A stretch of DNA of 64,000 nucleotides, from NCBI GenBank assembly GCA_973895155.1, contig OZ316898.1, positions 7,799,079 through 7,863,078 of the forward strand, written 5' to 3'. Under the pieces are notes generated by a model, which saw nothing but the letters and a program-made list of their open reading frames with translations, searched no databases and was not told the DNA's origin. Source of the stretch: Marsupella aquatica (taxonomy: Eukaryota; Plantae; Marchantiophyta). Below, piece by piece: positions 49,731 through 61,564 of this stretch (positions are counted from its first letter, which is position 1; each line of letters opens with the position of its first letter). Both the position numbers and the translations under genes were made by a program.

Positions 49731-52511
49731 TTGGTCACCACGGATTCTTCTAGTGCTGCTGGATTACCCGATGGACGACGGACCGGTTTCACTCGGAGTG
49801 GGGCACAGTTTTGGCCAGCGGCATTGGTAGCAGTCAGTAGTGTAGCTTCAGACAGTGATTCTGATGAGGACTCAGTGACCAGTTCTCCTCATCATCAGGT
49901 GGTTGCACCTTTGTTGTGGGATATGGACGAGATGTACGAGGCTACAAAGGGCCCACGACGATACTCTGGTGTAGTTGGCACAATTGATTTGGATGACTTC
50001 ATCCAGGAGTTTGATACGTGGTGCGATATGCAGACATTGCGTAACGTCACGTTGTTTACCCCTTTCATGGCATGGAAGGGATTATTCCAGCATTTGGAGG
50101 GGCCACCCATGGATGACTACCATGAGTTTCGGAAGGCTCATTTGGTTGAGATTGAGGCATGGAGGCAGCATTGGTCGCCTCATTATGTGTCCATCACCTA
50201 TGGCACTAGTGCGGCTGCCCAACCCATTGCCACAGCTGCTGCTTCTTCTAGCAACACTAGCCAGAGTGGCACACCATCCACCAGCAGCACTCCAGCAGCA
50301 TCCACCACTACTCCTGTCGGTGTGATTGTGACAGGAACTGGAGTTGCGCCAGCATTTAATCTTGTGGTGGAATTTTTTGAGGTACTGAAGCAGAACTATC
50401 AGGGTGTGAGAACTGATAAGTTGAAGGGTCTTCAAGAGTTCCAATGCAAGACTGGAGAGAGCCTACGTGAGGCATACACACGTATGCGCAGATTGATCAC
50501 TGTCACCAAGGGAGTGACAGAGGCTCAGGCAGTCCAGTTTTGGTATGCAATTCTGGACAGAGAATTGCGACGCAGAGTGAGAGATGTCACTCTGCTTAGG
50601 GATGCAGATCCCACATTAGCAGTTGTTTTCACCCTTTCTGAGCGCATTGAGCTCAATATGGTGAATGAGAAGGTGGTGACTTCCGGATTTGCCAAGGAAG
50701 CACCAAAGGCTGCATCTACATCCACACCACAGCCTACTGCACGGAAGAGCCAGAGGGAGAAGCCTACTGCACGAGAGTCTACCAGCCAGAGACCTGTGCC
50801 CTCTTATGCTGGACAGCAGTCAGGATGTTGGACCTGTGGTGGGGATCATGCACAGAGATATTGTCCAGATCATAGAGGATCAGGGGGAGCATCAGCACCT
50901 GATCAGCAACAATGTGATCATTGTGGAGCTCCTGGACACACCAAGGATAGGTGTTTCTCACTCCACCCTGAGTTACGGAGAGGAGGATCCCATACACATG
51001 ATCAGGGAAGAGGAGGAGGAGGTAGAGGTGGTGGACGTGGTCGTGGCATGCCACATGCAAAGAGACATGGAGGTGACGCTGCCCCTGCTGTAACCGTAGA
51101 TCCAAAGGATGCTAAAATTGCTCAATTGGAGCAACAACTAGCTGCCATGGCTAGTTCCCAGGTGAGATCTAATTCTGGTGATGGGGCATCTACATCCTAT
51201 GGACCTTCCACATCCCATGGTCCTTCCACATCTTATGGAGCTGATGGAGACCTTGCCACCATGGGATTCATGTGTGGCACTCCACATATTGATGCATCAG
51301 CAGCTTTGACACGTGGGGCAGCCAAAGCTCTTGAGCCCCGAGGAGCAGTAGTGGAGTTAGATCCACAAAGGGGGGATACACGTCGGCAGACAAAGCTTCC
51401 TCAGTCTTTTACATTGTCAGAGACAGTTCAGACTGCCTCTATGAACCCGGTTCGGACAAACCCTGATGTGGGTAAGTTGGCAGAATTAGGTAGTGATGCA
51501 GCAGGGATGACAGGTACCTTACTGGGGGCGGCTACTGCCATAGTACGCACCCCATTATTTTCAGCGACAAACATGCTGAACTTGGGAGTTGGTCCTGCAG
51601 AAGTGTTCAGATTGGCAGCTACACTCTGTGAGGACACTCCAGTGGTTGCTTCCCATGCAGAAGCAACTTGCAGTGTTGATGCAGTGAAGACCATGCCACC
51701 TACTGCTACTAGTGAGACATGGCATGCAGCAGCAGCGAGGTTGGTGGATTTACCAGCACGCCCTGCATTTGAGAGGACTAGGTTTGAACCTAGTGTTGTG
51801 TCATTGGATAATCGAAGTGGTATCTTCCGATTAGTTGGGCCTTCTGGAGCAGTATACAAGCCAGAGAGAGTGTTATTGGATACTGGTGCTCAGCCCTTGA
51901 TGTTGGGGAAGTCTGCCATACGTGGATTGGGATTGCATCCAGAGGATTTGGAGGATTGTCCCTTTCCCATTCAGACTTCATTGGGGGGACCTACACTTAC
52001 ACAGCATATCACCAGGAGACCACTTGATTTGAGGATTCAGGAAGGTCATACCACAGATAGCTCACAGATACAGGCGCGAGCTATTCTGACTAAGGCAGAG
52101 TCATATGATGTGTTGGTGGGATGTACAGTGCTCTACCCCATGGGATTTATTCTTGATTTTTGGGAGGAATCAGTGTCATATAGACCTGATTGGCAGTCAG
52201 GAGATGCTCGATTGAGCAAATTGCCAGTGAGATTTAGTGGACCTGTGGGAGGCCCTAAATCCACACCATTGTCTTTGGCAGCATTCAGTGGTGTAATTGC
52301 TGGACCTGATGATTTGATTGAGGGTAATGCGCATGCAGCCGATGTTCCACCATTGGAGGAGTCTCATGAGGAGCACATCATGCGAGGATTACCTGTTGGC
52401 ACTGTTGTGCCACCAGTGTGGGGCACTGCACAGGCCTTGCCACAGGCAGCAGCACGATTGGTACATGATGCATGGCGTCATGTTTTTACACCACAGTCAA
52501 GAGTAGAGTAG
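49731..52511 (+). CDS. Retrotransposon Gag (two Zn knuckles) plus aspartic protease polyprotein; probable start M at 49923
   Basis: Gag-like DLDDFIQEFDTW and FQCKTGESLREAYTR. Knuckles CWTCGGDHAQRYC and CDHCGAPGHTKDRC. Retropepsin VLLDTGA...YDVLVG. Confidence 0.85.
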   Translation: MVTTDSSSAAGLPDGRRTGFTRSGAQFWPAALVAVSSVASDSDSDEDSVTSSPHHQVVAPLLWDMDEMYEATKGPRRYSGVVGTIDLDDFIQEFDTWCDMQTLRNVTLFTPFMAWKGLFQHLEGPPMDDYHEFRKAHLVEIEAWRQHWSPHYVSITYGTSAAAQPIATAAASSSNTSQSGTPSTSSTPAASTTTPVGVIVTGTGVAPAFNLVVEFFEVLKQNYQGVRTDKLKGLQEFQCKTGESLREAYTRMRRLITVTKGVTEAQAVQFWYAILDRELRRRVRDVTLLRDADPTLAVVFTLSERIELNMVNEKVVTSGFAKEAPKAASTSTPQPTARKSQREKPTARESTSQRPVPSYAGQQSGCWTCGGDHAQRYCPDHRGSGGASAPDQQQCDHCGAPGHTKDRCFSLHPELRRGGSHTHDQGRGGGGRGGGRGRGMPHAKRHGGDAAPAVTVDPKDAKIAQLEQQLAAMASSQVRSNSGDGASTSYGPSTSHGPSTSYGADGDLATMGFMCGTPHIDASAALTRGAAKALEPRGAVVELDPQRGDTRRQTKLPQSFTLSETVQTASMNPVRTNPDVGKLAELGSDAAGMTGTLLGAATAIVRTPLFSATNMLNLGVGPAEVFRLAATLCEDTPVVASHAEATCSVDAVKTMPPTATSETWHAAAARLVDLPARPAFERTRFEPSVVSLDNRSGIFRLVGPSGAVYKPERVLLDTGAQPLMLGKSAIRGLGLHPEDLEDCPFPIQTSLGGPTLTQHITRRPLDLRIQEGHTTDSSQIQARAILTKAESYDVLVGCTVLYPMGFILDFWEESVSYRPDWQSGDARLSKLPVRFSGPVGGPKSTPLSLAAFSGVIAGPDDLIEGNAHAADVPPLEESHEEHIMRGLPVGTVVPPVWGTAQALPQAAARLVHDAWRHVFTPQSRVE

Positions 52512-52640
52512 TCTCTTGCAGATGGACCTGTGACTCTTTCACCATTGGATACCACTCCTATTGCTTGACAGTATCCACCAGAGGGTATTTGTTTGTTGGA
52601 TCTTTTTGGTGGGATTAGCACTGGATTGGCTGCTGTTCTT
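52512..52640 (+). pseudogene. In-frame continuation encoding the N-terminal SAM-binding motif I of a C5 cytosine DNA methyltransferase, truncated by the CACTA insertion
   Basis: Same frame as gag-PR: SLADGPVTLSPLDTTPIA*QYPPEGICLLDLFGGISTGLAAVL. Compare DNMT3 IRVLSLFDGIATGLLVL and DRM PNGINVLSLF.GIGG. Confidence 0.65.
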
Positions 52641-53725
52641 CCACTAGTAGAAAACAATGTATTTTATGACCGAAACAATGACTATTAATCAGGTCTTTTT
52701 AACAAAACAATGACGCAATTGTTCTCGTCTTTCCAGACACGTCACAACGGACATTTTGGTCACGGTCCTTTTGGACAAATGACGCTAAAAACATGTGGTC
52801 ATTTCATACTATCCTAAATGACCATTTTTATGATATGGTCATAAATGTTGAACGGTCCAAAATGACGACACAAATCACCATCGACGGTCAATTGCCGTTG
52901 ACCGTCGATGGTCCCCGTACCCAATCACACAACGACACGTGGCAATAAAAAAACAAATAACATTGGTCATTTTGGACTTGTCCAAAATAACGTACATTAT
53001 ATAACAAATCAAATAGTGACACGTGGTTCAAAGAGGATTCACCATTTGGCAATATATTTGGGTCATTTTGGACGTGTCCAAAATGACTATAGTATAAACA
53101 AGTCATATTGAGACACGTGGTTCAATTGGGAGAAGACACGTAAAGATACACATTAGTCATTAATGACATGTCTTGAATGACATAAAGTGAGTCATAGTGG
53201 ACTTGTTTATAATGACCATGAGAAAGGTCATTGTATATGTCATTCTTTGAATCATTTAGTCTATGTCTTTAATGACCAGAGTTGAGTCATATTGGTCACA
53301 AAGATAGTTGTGAATAATGACCATTACATCAGTCATTCTAGCCAGTCATTTAGTCATTCAAGCCAGTCATTCAGACGAAGTATTCAATGATTTGGAGAAA
53401 TTCAAATTTAAGTGATCATGATAGATAAAACTTGATGTCAATCAAAAATCATATATTACAAAGCCATTCAATAGAGTTGCTAAATGAAAACTTAAAGAAA
53501 CATTCGATATATATCACAAATCTAATTGATATTCATACAAGATACCTTCATAAGTCTCACGGTAAATATTGAACTCAATGCAAATTTATGAAACAAAATT
53601 ACATTGACATCAATAATATTAGATTGTCAATTGTTACAACCTGACATACCAATCACTCTGCATGTTTATAGAAAAACAGAGTTGTCATTCTATCATGTCT
53701 ATTGTTTCTTGATAGAGTGCTATTT

Positions 53726-56609
53726 CTATTGCTTCTTAAGCAATCTAGAGTTCCATAGGGCATTCATCCCTTTCACATCAGATAATTTAGACTGGTTCTC
53801 CCCTGAATTGGCAAATGGCAATGCCACATCTACAAACACTTCAATCACACGCACTCGCAAGAAAGGGCTTTCAAAATCTGCACAATGAAACTTATCTTCT
53901 CCTGGCAGCCCTGTCACCTCACCTTCTGCCACTATCATGGAATTGTCCACAACGCTCTTCATCTTCACCAAATCTCCTCTTGCAAACTGTGAACAACACA
54001 TTTTGTTAAAAATGCAATAAACAGAAATTGAAAGATAGAAGAACACTCAAATCAAACACACATTTACCTTTGCAACGGGGTTAGGAGACTGCATTGGTTT
54101 CTTCTGTGCAGGTGATGCATTTGCTAAGGATCCTTTCTTCCTTTTCTTCTTTCCCTTTCTAGTTGATGGAGTGTCATCCTGTTCACTTGGAATGGGAGTT
54201 TCTTTTGGCAACTCAGATGATTCTGGGGTTACATCTGGTGTCAACTGAGTCGACTTATCCTCTGGCAACTGAAAGGCATCTGAAATGGCTTCTTTGGGCA
54301 ACTTAGATGGCAAAAGGTTCACTTCCAATTCAGTTTGCTTTAGAGTACTGTTAGCTATGTCAGTTGGTCTTCCCTGCGACACAGGAGGCTCCCCTAAAGA
54401 TGCTGTCATAAAACACACACAAAAGAAATGCATAAACAAACATGTATACACCAGCAACATATAATCACACTAAAAACATGCAAGAACATTATAAACATGC
54501 AATGACATATACACATCACAATAATTACATTGAATGGACAGTGTATACATGATAGAGAATTTTACCTTCATTATCGCCTGAAAAAGTAAGAGATCGCTTT
54601 CTACTACCTTGTTTGGTAGTTGTAGTCAACTTACTGTGACTAGGCACAACTGTTGGAACTTGTGCATTACTGGGGTGATGTGCCATCCACGTAGTCATCA
54701 TGTTTGTCAACTCCCTCACAGTGCCTTTCAACTCAGCGACATCCAATTTCACAGCCCCAATGGCAGTGATCTCTTCTTTTGAATGTGGGGTCTGTAAATG
54801 AACCACAAACCAACACAACAGTCTCACTGTCAAACTTACAAACGACACAACACTGGCTCTGTCAAATGGAGAATGATGTACAAATCAAATTGGTATGACA
54901 ATACTCACAGCTGATCCATGTCTGTTTCCTTGCCCCAGTAAGCTAGCACTTTTACCCTCCCCACTTGCCAATGATGGGCTCACCTTTGCTCCCACAAAAC
55001 TACCAGTCTGACCTTCTGCACTTGCCAATGATGGGCTCATTGTCACCTTTGGCAATGAACCCTGACTACCATGGTTTTCTTTCAGGTCAGATATACCTGG
55101 GCTTGATCCTCTCTTCTGCTTCTGTTCAAACACACAATGAATGAGAAATCACAGAGTTTGTTTTCATCAAGATTCACAAACAAGACAGAATTGATAGTGA
55201 AAATGATAGACAATTTACCATTCTCTTTGCTGCTGCAGCATGCCCTCCCCTTCCAAAGTGAGAGGTATCTTGCACTCGTGCTCTTTTATCAGTCATCTGT
55301 TTACTCAAAGATATCAATGTTGGACTGGTAAAATGAGATACCAAAGCTGCCCATTTCTTTGGATCAACACCAGATGGCCCAGGTTTGGTTGGATCCTCAT
55401 TGCAAACTTTCTTCCAATAAACATGCATTTTATGGCGCTCTCTCTTCAATATGCCACGACAATGACTCTGGAATTTGGTGTTAATAAATTCCCCACCCAC
55501 ATACTCCCACTCAGCTGCCATGTTATTCCACACTGTGGTTGTATGAACTTGTGGATGATCAGTCCATTTTGGCTTTGATACATCAAAGACTCTGAGTACG
55601 TTGCCACGAAGTTCCTCCAGCCAGTATTGTTTGTTGCCATCAGAATCATCAATATCATTGTCATAAATCTGCATTTCATAGACAATGTCAGATCATAACT
55701 CTGGAATTTATGCAGAGTCCAGGTTTTATACACACAACAACAGAGAGGATCAGATTTGTCTAAATCTACAAACAAGTACAATACTCACTTTAATGTGTTT
55801 GGGCACCTCTCCGCAATCCCTTCGTTGTTTGGCAGTATTATCAAACTGCTTCTTAGCATGCCTTCATTCCCTGCGCATCTCAGAGGCCCCTCCTGCAATG
55901 CACACACATGCATTCAATCAAAAAATATGTACATGATTGAAAAGTTGAGCAAATGTACTTGCATATGCATGACGAGCAGATTGTGTATTACCTGAAGATC
56001 CTCTGGAATGTAGTACATCAGATTGACCTGATCTGCCTTCAGATGCTGATGGAACCACTAAACAAACACACAACACCAAAGCACTTCAATTAATTTCATT
56101 TCCAAGTAGAATATCAACTTCCAAACACACCTGAAAAGTAGAACAGTACAATCCACTCACTTTCATATAAGAGTCCAGTGTCTGGGTCTTTCCAACATCT
56201 CACTAGCCCACCTCCACCAGGCCCAGTCTTCTTAGGACCACGATTTTGTTTCTGTACCTACATCATGGACAACGTAAGCATATCAACATATAATTTGAAA
56301 AAGGGACAAGGATCCCTTCCTATTAGGATGATGAAGTTCAAGCATTACCTATTGTGCACTCTCTGGTTCTGACCCTCCAATGTCAGAATCCTCAGTGTCA
56401 TACTCAGAAGGAGAACCATAGCCATCATCACCAAACTCTGCCATGTTCACCTTGGTAACTTCTGATAGTCTAGAGCTCCTCCTCTTTGGCAATGTTTCAG
56501 TTGAAGTACCTTTCACCAAAGCAGGCTTTCCTCTCTCTCGTTGTACATGTGTGGTTGGGCCTCTAAGGAACAAAGCAATCATCAACATACACCAATGCAG
56601 ATCAAACAT
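53726..56609 (-). CDS. CACTA second protein (TnpA / Ptta-like), multi-exon; exon limits approximate
   Basis: Exon near 55174-55674 encodes RERHKMH..P.GVDPKKWAALVSHFTSP...SKQMTDKRAR...HFGRGGHA (Transposase_24-like). Terminal exon near 53726-53989 encodes VAEGEV...FH...RVRVIEV...LPF...LSDVKG..ALW (TNP1-like). Many GT-AG sites lie between. Confidence 0.7.
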
Positions 56610-57088
56610 ACATGCAAAATGAATCTACAACACCGTAACACTAGTACTTATGTACAGGATCCATACTAGTATGAGACCAATCTGGAATATGAAAACAGAA
56701 CATGAACCTGACAACTCCATCTACTGAATCAAATTTGCAATAGACATATCAACACACACATCAGCTTGCAGTCTGGCCCCAGTCCTAGATCACGCATAAT
56801 TCTGACATTATGCTCTATGTTCCGATTTCGGGCCTCCTCATAAGGATTCACAGAATGTGACAACCCTTGCAATCTTCCTTTCACAGGCTGCATTCACCAA
56901 CTGCACAAATGGGTAAACCATTAGTCTGATTTCATAAATAGTCCATACATGTAGTCCATCTATGGACTTCACACACCTAGCTAAAACCTATTCACTGCTT
57001 AGGCCTGCCCTTTCTTGTAGATCCCTCTGCATCTCTGCCTCGTTTGGGACCAGTACTTGGTCCTGGATTTTCTCAGGACCTACAGGCC

Positions 57089-60000
57089 TTAGCCAATTCG
57101 ATGTGTAATTTTGGCATTGTTTTCCATTGTAGCATGGAAATCAACGTCTGTGTAATCACCTAACACCCTTGTGGACCTGGATTCTTTGTGGAGGATTGTT
57201 CTCCATGCTATCCCCTTCTCATTGGGGTGGAAGAAAACCTGCTCCACTTGCTTTGGGAAAACGTAATCCATTTTCTTGGACACACCCAGTTCTCTATGGA
57301 AATTCACCTGCCAAAGACCAGACTTGGTATACCTCATACTGGCTGAGGATTTAGGAGTCCATGATGGATCTGCCCATTTCCCTTTGAAAAGAATCACCTC
57401 TTTCCTCAAGCTGCCATAATTCAGTACCGAGATATCTATCAAGGCCCCTACATACTGTACAGATTCTTCTATGGTTGCACCAGACCTGTCCACTCGCTTC
57501 TCAGTGAATGTAGAAGCCATCCCAGAATCAAAAGTGCTGAAAGCACCAGAATCACAATCACTCAAACACCCCAAGGATGGAATAGTCCAGCTCCAATGGT
57601 GCCATAGGCTCTACATGCCCTATACAGTCGTGCCTTCAAACTAGGTGGTGTGGAGTATGCAGATAGTAATGACCGCTCAGACTCTTTCTCAAAATTATGG
57701 GTATTGACTAATGTTTGAAACCATTCCCTGAAAGGTGGCAATTCTTGGCAGTCTACGGGAAATTCCACTGGTTTTCTTCGATTGGCAGGCTTCCTCATCC
57801 ACTCCTTCCGGAAATCCACTCTTCGTTTGGTAACAGTCTCATTGGTAGCATCATATATCCTACATGGCAACAACAACACTGAAGACATTAGTGCACGATC
57901 CACCATGAATATACAAACACAATGGGGCAACATAATTATGATCCATATGCCTAAGGATAGGAGAGTTTCTAGGGTTTATGTACCTGTACCATGGAGCCAC
58001 TGTCTCTTCATTCTCTAATATATAATGATGCATGGCCATCATTTCAGACCAATCCAAAGTTATCGCCTTTGCAGCCCCTTCCAAAACAATGCCTGCAACG
58101 CCAGCATCCTCCTCCAACTCCCAGGTTCGTTTTCCCTCTCCCTTTGCATCAATCATGTATTCAGAAAGAAATCCCAAAGACTCATCTAATACATAGCCTT
58201 CAGCCATAGAAGCCTCTGGACGTGCCTTGTTTCGTACATAACCCTTCAATACCTTCAGGTTCCTCTCTATTGGGTACATCCATCTGCCTGTAACTGGGCC
58301 ACACAAGTCTAATTCCTCCACTAGGTGAATCATTAAATGGGTCATGACATCAAAGAAGCTTGGTGGAAAATGGATTTCCAAAATGCAGAGAGTGAATGCA
58401 ACATCCATCATCAAATTCTCATACATTGAAGGGTCCCACACCTTCGTACAGATCTGGCGATAGATATTGCTCACCCCAGCTATGGCCAAGCGAACCCCTT
58501 CATCAAGTAATCCCATTGTTGCCAGAGGGAGAATCTGTTGCATGAGTTGGTGGAAATCATGTGATTTCAACCCAGAGAGTTTCTTGGATTTTGTAACACA
58601 CTTTGCCAAAGAACTTGAAAAACCAGTGGGCCCTTTCAAGGTCAATAAAACCTCCAAGAACCTTGTTCTTTCCTTCTTGCTCAGGCAATATGGGGCTGGG
58701 GGCATCAACAATTTGTCATCCTTACGCTTGGGAGCTGGATTGGGTACAAGCCATAGGTGTTGGCGCACCTGTAAGAGCTTCATGTCTTCTCTCACAGAAG
58801 GAGTGTCCTTGGTCCCAATGATAGTGTGCACAATGTTGTGTGCAAGATTCTTCTCACAGTGCATGGGATCTAGACAATGGTTAATGAGTAGTTTCTGCAG
58901 TGGACACACAATTCAGAAATTAGGGCATTGAATACAACTTTTGGCATCACTGGGCAGTAGTTTGTGCAGTGGACACAATTCAGAAATTAGTGCATTGAAT
59001 ACAACAATTACAAAATCTGGGCTACAGGAAGTATATGAAGAGAATATATTTCAAAGTCATATGAAGAGATTGCAGTAATTCATTGTAGTAGTATGGAGTC
59101 TTACATTCCAATAGGGCAACTTGTACAGACCAGTAGCCCTCTTCACTCCATGCACCTTTATGGGGCATTTCTCATCCTCAACCTTGGTTCCTCCCTTCTT
59201 CAAATATTCTGTTGTCTCGTCTCCCCACTTCTTTCTATCAGAGCTTGTCATTCTACACGGTGCAGGTCGACTCTCAATTGCACCATCAAAGTATTGTGCA
59301 CTATCTGGTCTACGAAAAAGATGCCTTGCTGCTAACCATCGACGGTGGCCACTGTACTCTAATTTCTGCAAGTGCTTAGAACCACGTGCCACACATTCTG
59401 GCCCACAGATGACACATCCTTTGTATCCAGAGTGTTGTTGTCCAGATATTAAACCATATGCAGGGTAATCATTGATTGTCCACAATAGCACAGCCCTAAG
59501 GTTGAAGTGTTGAGACAATCCTGGGCGTGGCAATTTGTCAAAGCAGGGCACTCCTTTCTTCCACAACAGCTCCAACTCCTCATAGAATGGGCCCAATATT
59601 ATGTCTAGCTGTTCCTCTATTACTGAATCAGGTCCTGGAATCAGCATAGCTAGCATGACAAAGAACTTCTTGGTGGTAAGCCAAGGAGGTAAATTGTAAT
59701 TCAACAACAGTATTGGCCAGGTAGACCAAGCTGTGGAATTATTCCCAAAGGGATTCACCCCATCAAGTGCCAACCCAAATCGCACATTCCTTGGTTCAGC
59801 TGCAAATTCCCGATCAATATTTGTATCCACATGCTTCCAAGCCTTTGAATCTGCTGCGTGCCGAACCATGTTGTCTGTGCTTCTATTCTCATGATGCCAA
59901 GTCATGAGTTTAGATGTACCAGCAGTGGCATACAATCTCTTCAACCTGGGAATTATAGGGAAATACCGCACTACCTTCCTTGCCTGTAATGAATTCCCCA

Positions 60001-60964
60001 CTCTCTTCATCTTGGGCTGCTGACACACTGAACAGTTTTCTAACTTGGCATTCTCACCCCTAAAGAGCATACAACCTTTCTCACAGACAGGGATTCTCTC
60101 ATAATCCAAGCCAAGCTTTCTCAATAGCTGCTTTGCAGCATATAAGTTCTTGGGCAGATTATGCTCTGTAGGCATACCATGCTCCCCCATCAAAGACAAC
60201 AATGCATTCACTCCTTTGTTTGAGAATCCATGGCCATGACAGATGTTCAGCAGAAGCAACATGAATGACACAACATCTATTTTGCTGCCTGGGAACAAAG
60301 GTTGCATTGCTGCATCTAAAGATAACTGTGCAGGATCAGTCTCCACAGGAGTTTTGGAGGTTTCAAGGGGGTTTACAGGATGGGCACCTCCTTCACTCTC
60401 ATCATCCCCAAGTACAAAATCCAAGTCGAAACGGTCCTGATCATCTAGCTCATGCTCAGGGGATTCTTCACTGGTTCTCAGCAACGTTTCTTCCAGTAGA
60501 GCCCTGATATGTTCTTCGACATCTATAGTTGGATGTTCTTGAACATCCACAGTTGGATACTCTGGAACATCTACAAATAAATGTTCTTCAACATCTACAG
60601 TTGGCTGTTGTGCACAGGTTGCCTGCTGAAGGTTTGCTACCCTCAATGCCTCAGGGCCATGTTGTGACATGTAGTCAGCACCCCACTCTTCATCAGAAGA
60701 GTCCTGTCCCTCTCCCACCCACACTTGACATGCAGGGTACCGACCATGTTTAATAAGGTGCAGTCTAGCAGTATTCCGATTAGTCCTATAATTCCCTTTG
60801 CAGTTCACACAAGGGCAGTACATCTTATGGTCCCCACTCTTGTGGCAGGCCTTCTGTTCTCGAACCCACAAAGCATCATCACGATGTTGTACTCTAGCTG
60901 GATGGAAGAGCGGCAACTTTGGAGTTCTACCCACACCTAACGTATTCTGTGGAAATTGTGCCAT
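57089..60964 (-). pseudogene. CACTA transposase (Tnp2 / TnpD: Transposase_21, DUF4218, DUF4216), 3 exons, one frameshift
   Basis: Exons 60964-59105, 58894-57984 and 57859-57089. Motifs: CPCVNC, HAADSKAWK, RNVRFGLALDGVNPF, WTINDYPAYG, DPMHCEKN, GLKSHDFH, RWMYPIER, NKARPEASMAEGY. Apparent 1-nt deletion near 57600 (AYG[N]HW). Confidence 0.92.
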
Positions 60965-61564
60965 GCTAGCTTGATTGAAATTGTATTCAAACTATGATTT
61001 TCAAACTGAATCAGAGTGACATGCATACAAAATTGGGCCTACCGTCACAGTTGTACAACCGATGCCAACCACAGTCCAATTGCTCAAACCCACAGAGCCC
61101 AGTTTCTCAAATCCATTGTAGTAGGGCACCTTCTCCTTCTTGCATACAAATAGAGCATCACATACAGTGTCATCAGAATGATACTATGAACGTAAATCTC
61201 TGTGCCTTCATCATTTCCAGTATTTGTTTGCCTATTAGGAATGTGAGCAGACAGGTCTGGAATAAGTAACGTTTGTGACACCAGTGACAAATTTACAAGT
61301 GAAGTTTAGACATCAATATGGAGGAAAGTCACACTCAAAGCACATGCTTGAAAATCGGAATCCTACCCTGGAAAAGATAATAAAGTTGATTTCTCAAAAT
61401 TAATTGCCTCAATCCGCAATGCACTGTCGTAGAGTGTGTATACATGAGGAGTTCATCAAACTGCATATAAATAGTCCACATGTTTTAGCACTCTGAAAAT
61501 TGTTTAAGTCCACGTGAAACCATCAAAAAGCTCTATCTCAAGTTTGTGTTCCATCCAGCCTCAA

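Larger units (their letters stand above)
47997..52641 (+). mobile_element. 5' part of a Ty3/Gypsy-like LTR retrotransposon, interrupted by CACTA at 52642; left boundary uncertain
   Basis: Gag-protease ORF preceded by about 1.7 kb of repeat-rich leader beginning TGTAGT at 47997. No second LTR, PBS, RT or integrase is identifiable in the window. Confidence 0.6.

Noticed and set aside
49731-52640. DIRS-type element with an adenine methyltransferase
   Set aside because: An aspartic protease is present and the motif is C5-MTase style (DLFGG), which fits an LTR/Gypsy element better. RT and integrase are not visible, so the superfamily remains provisional.
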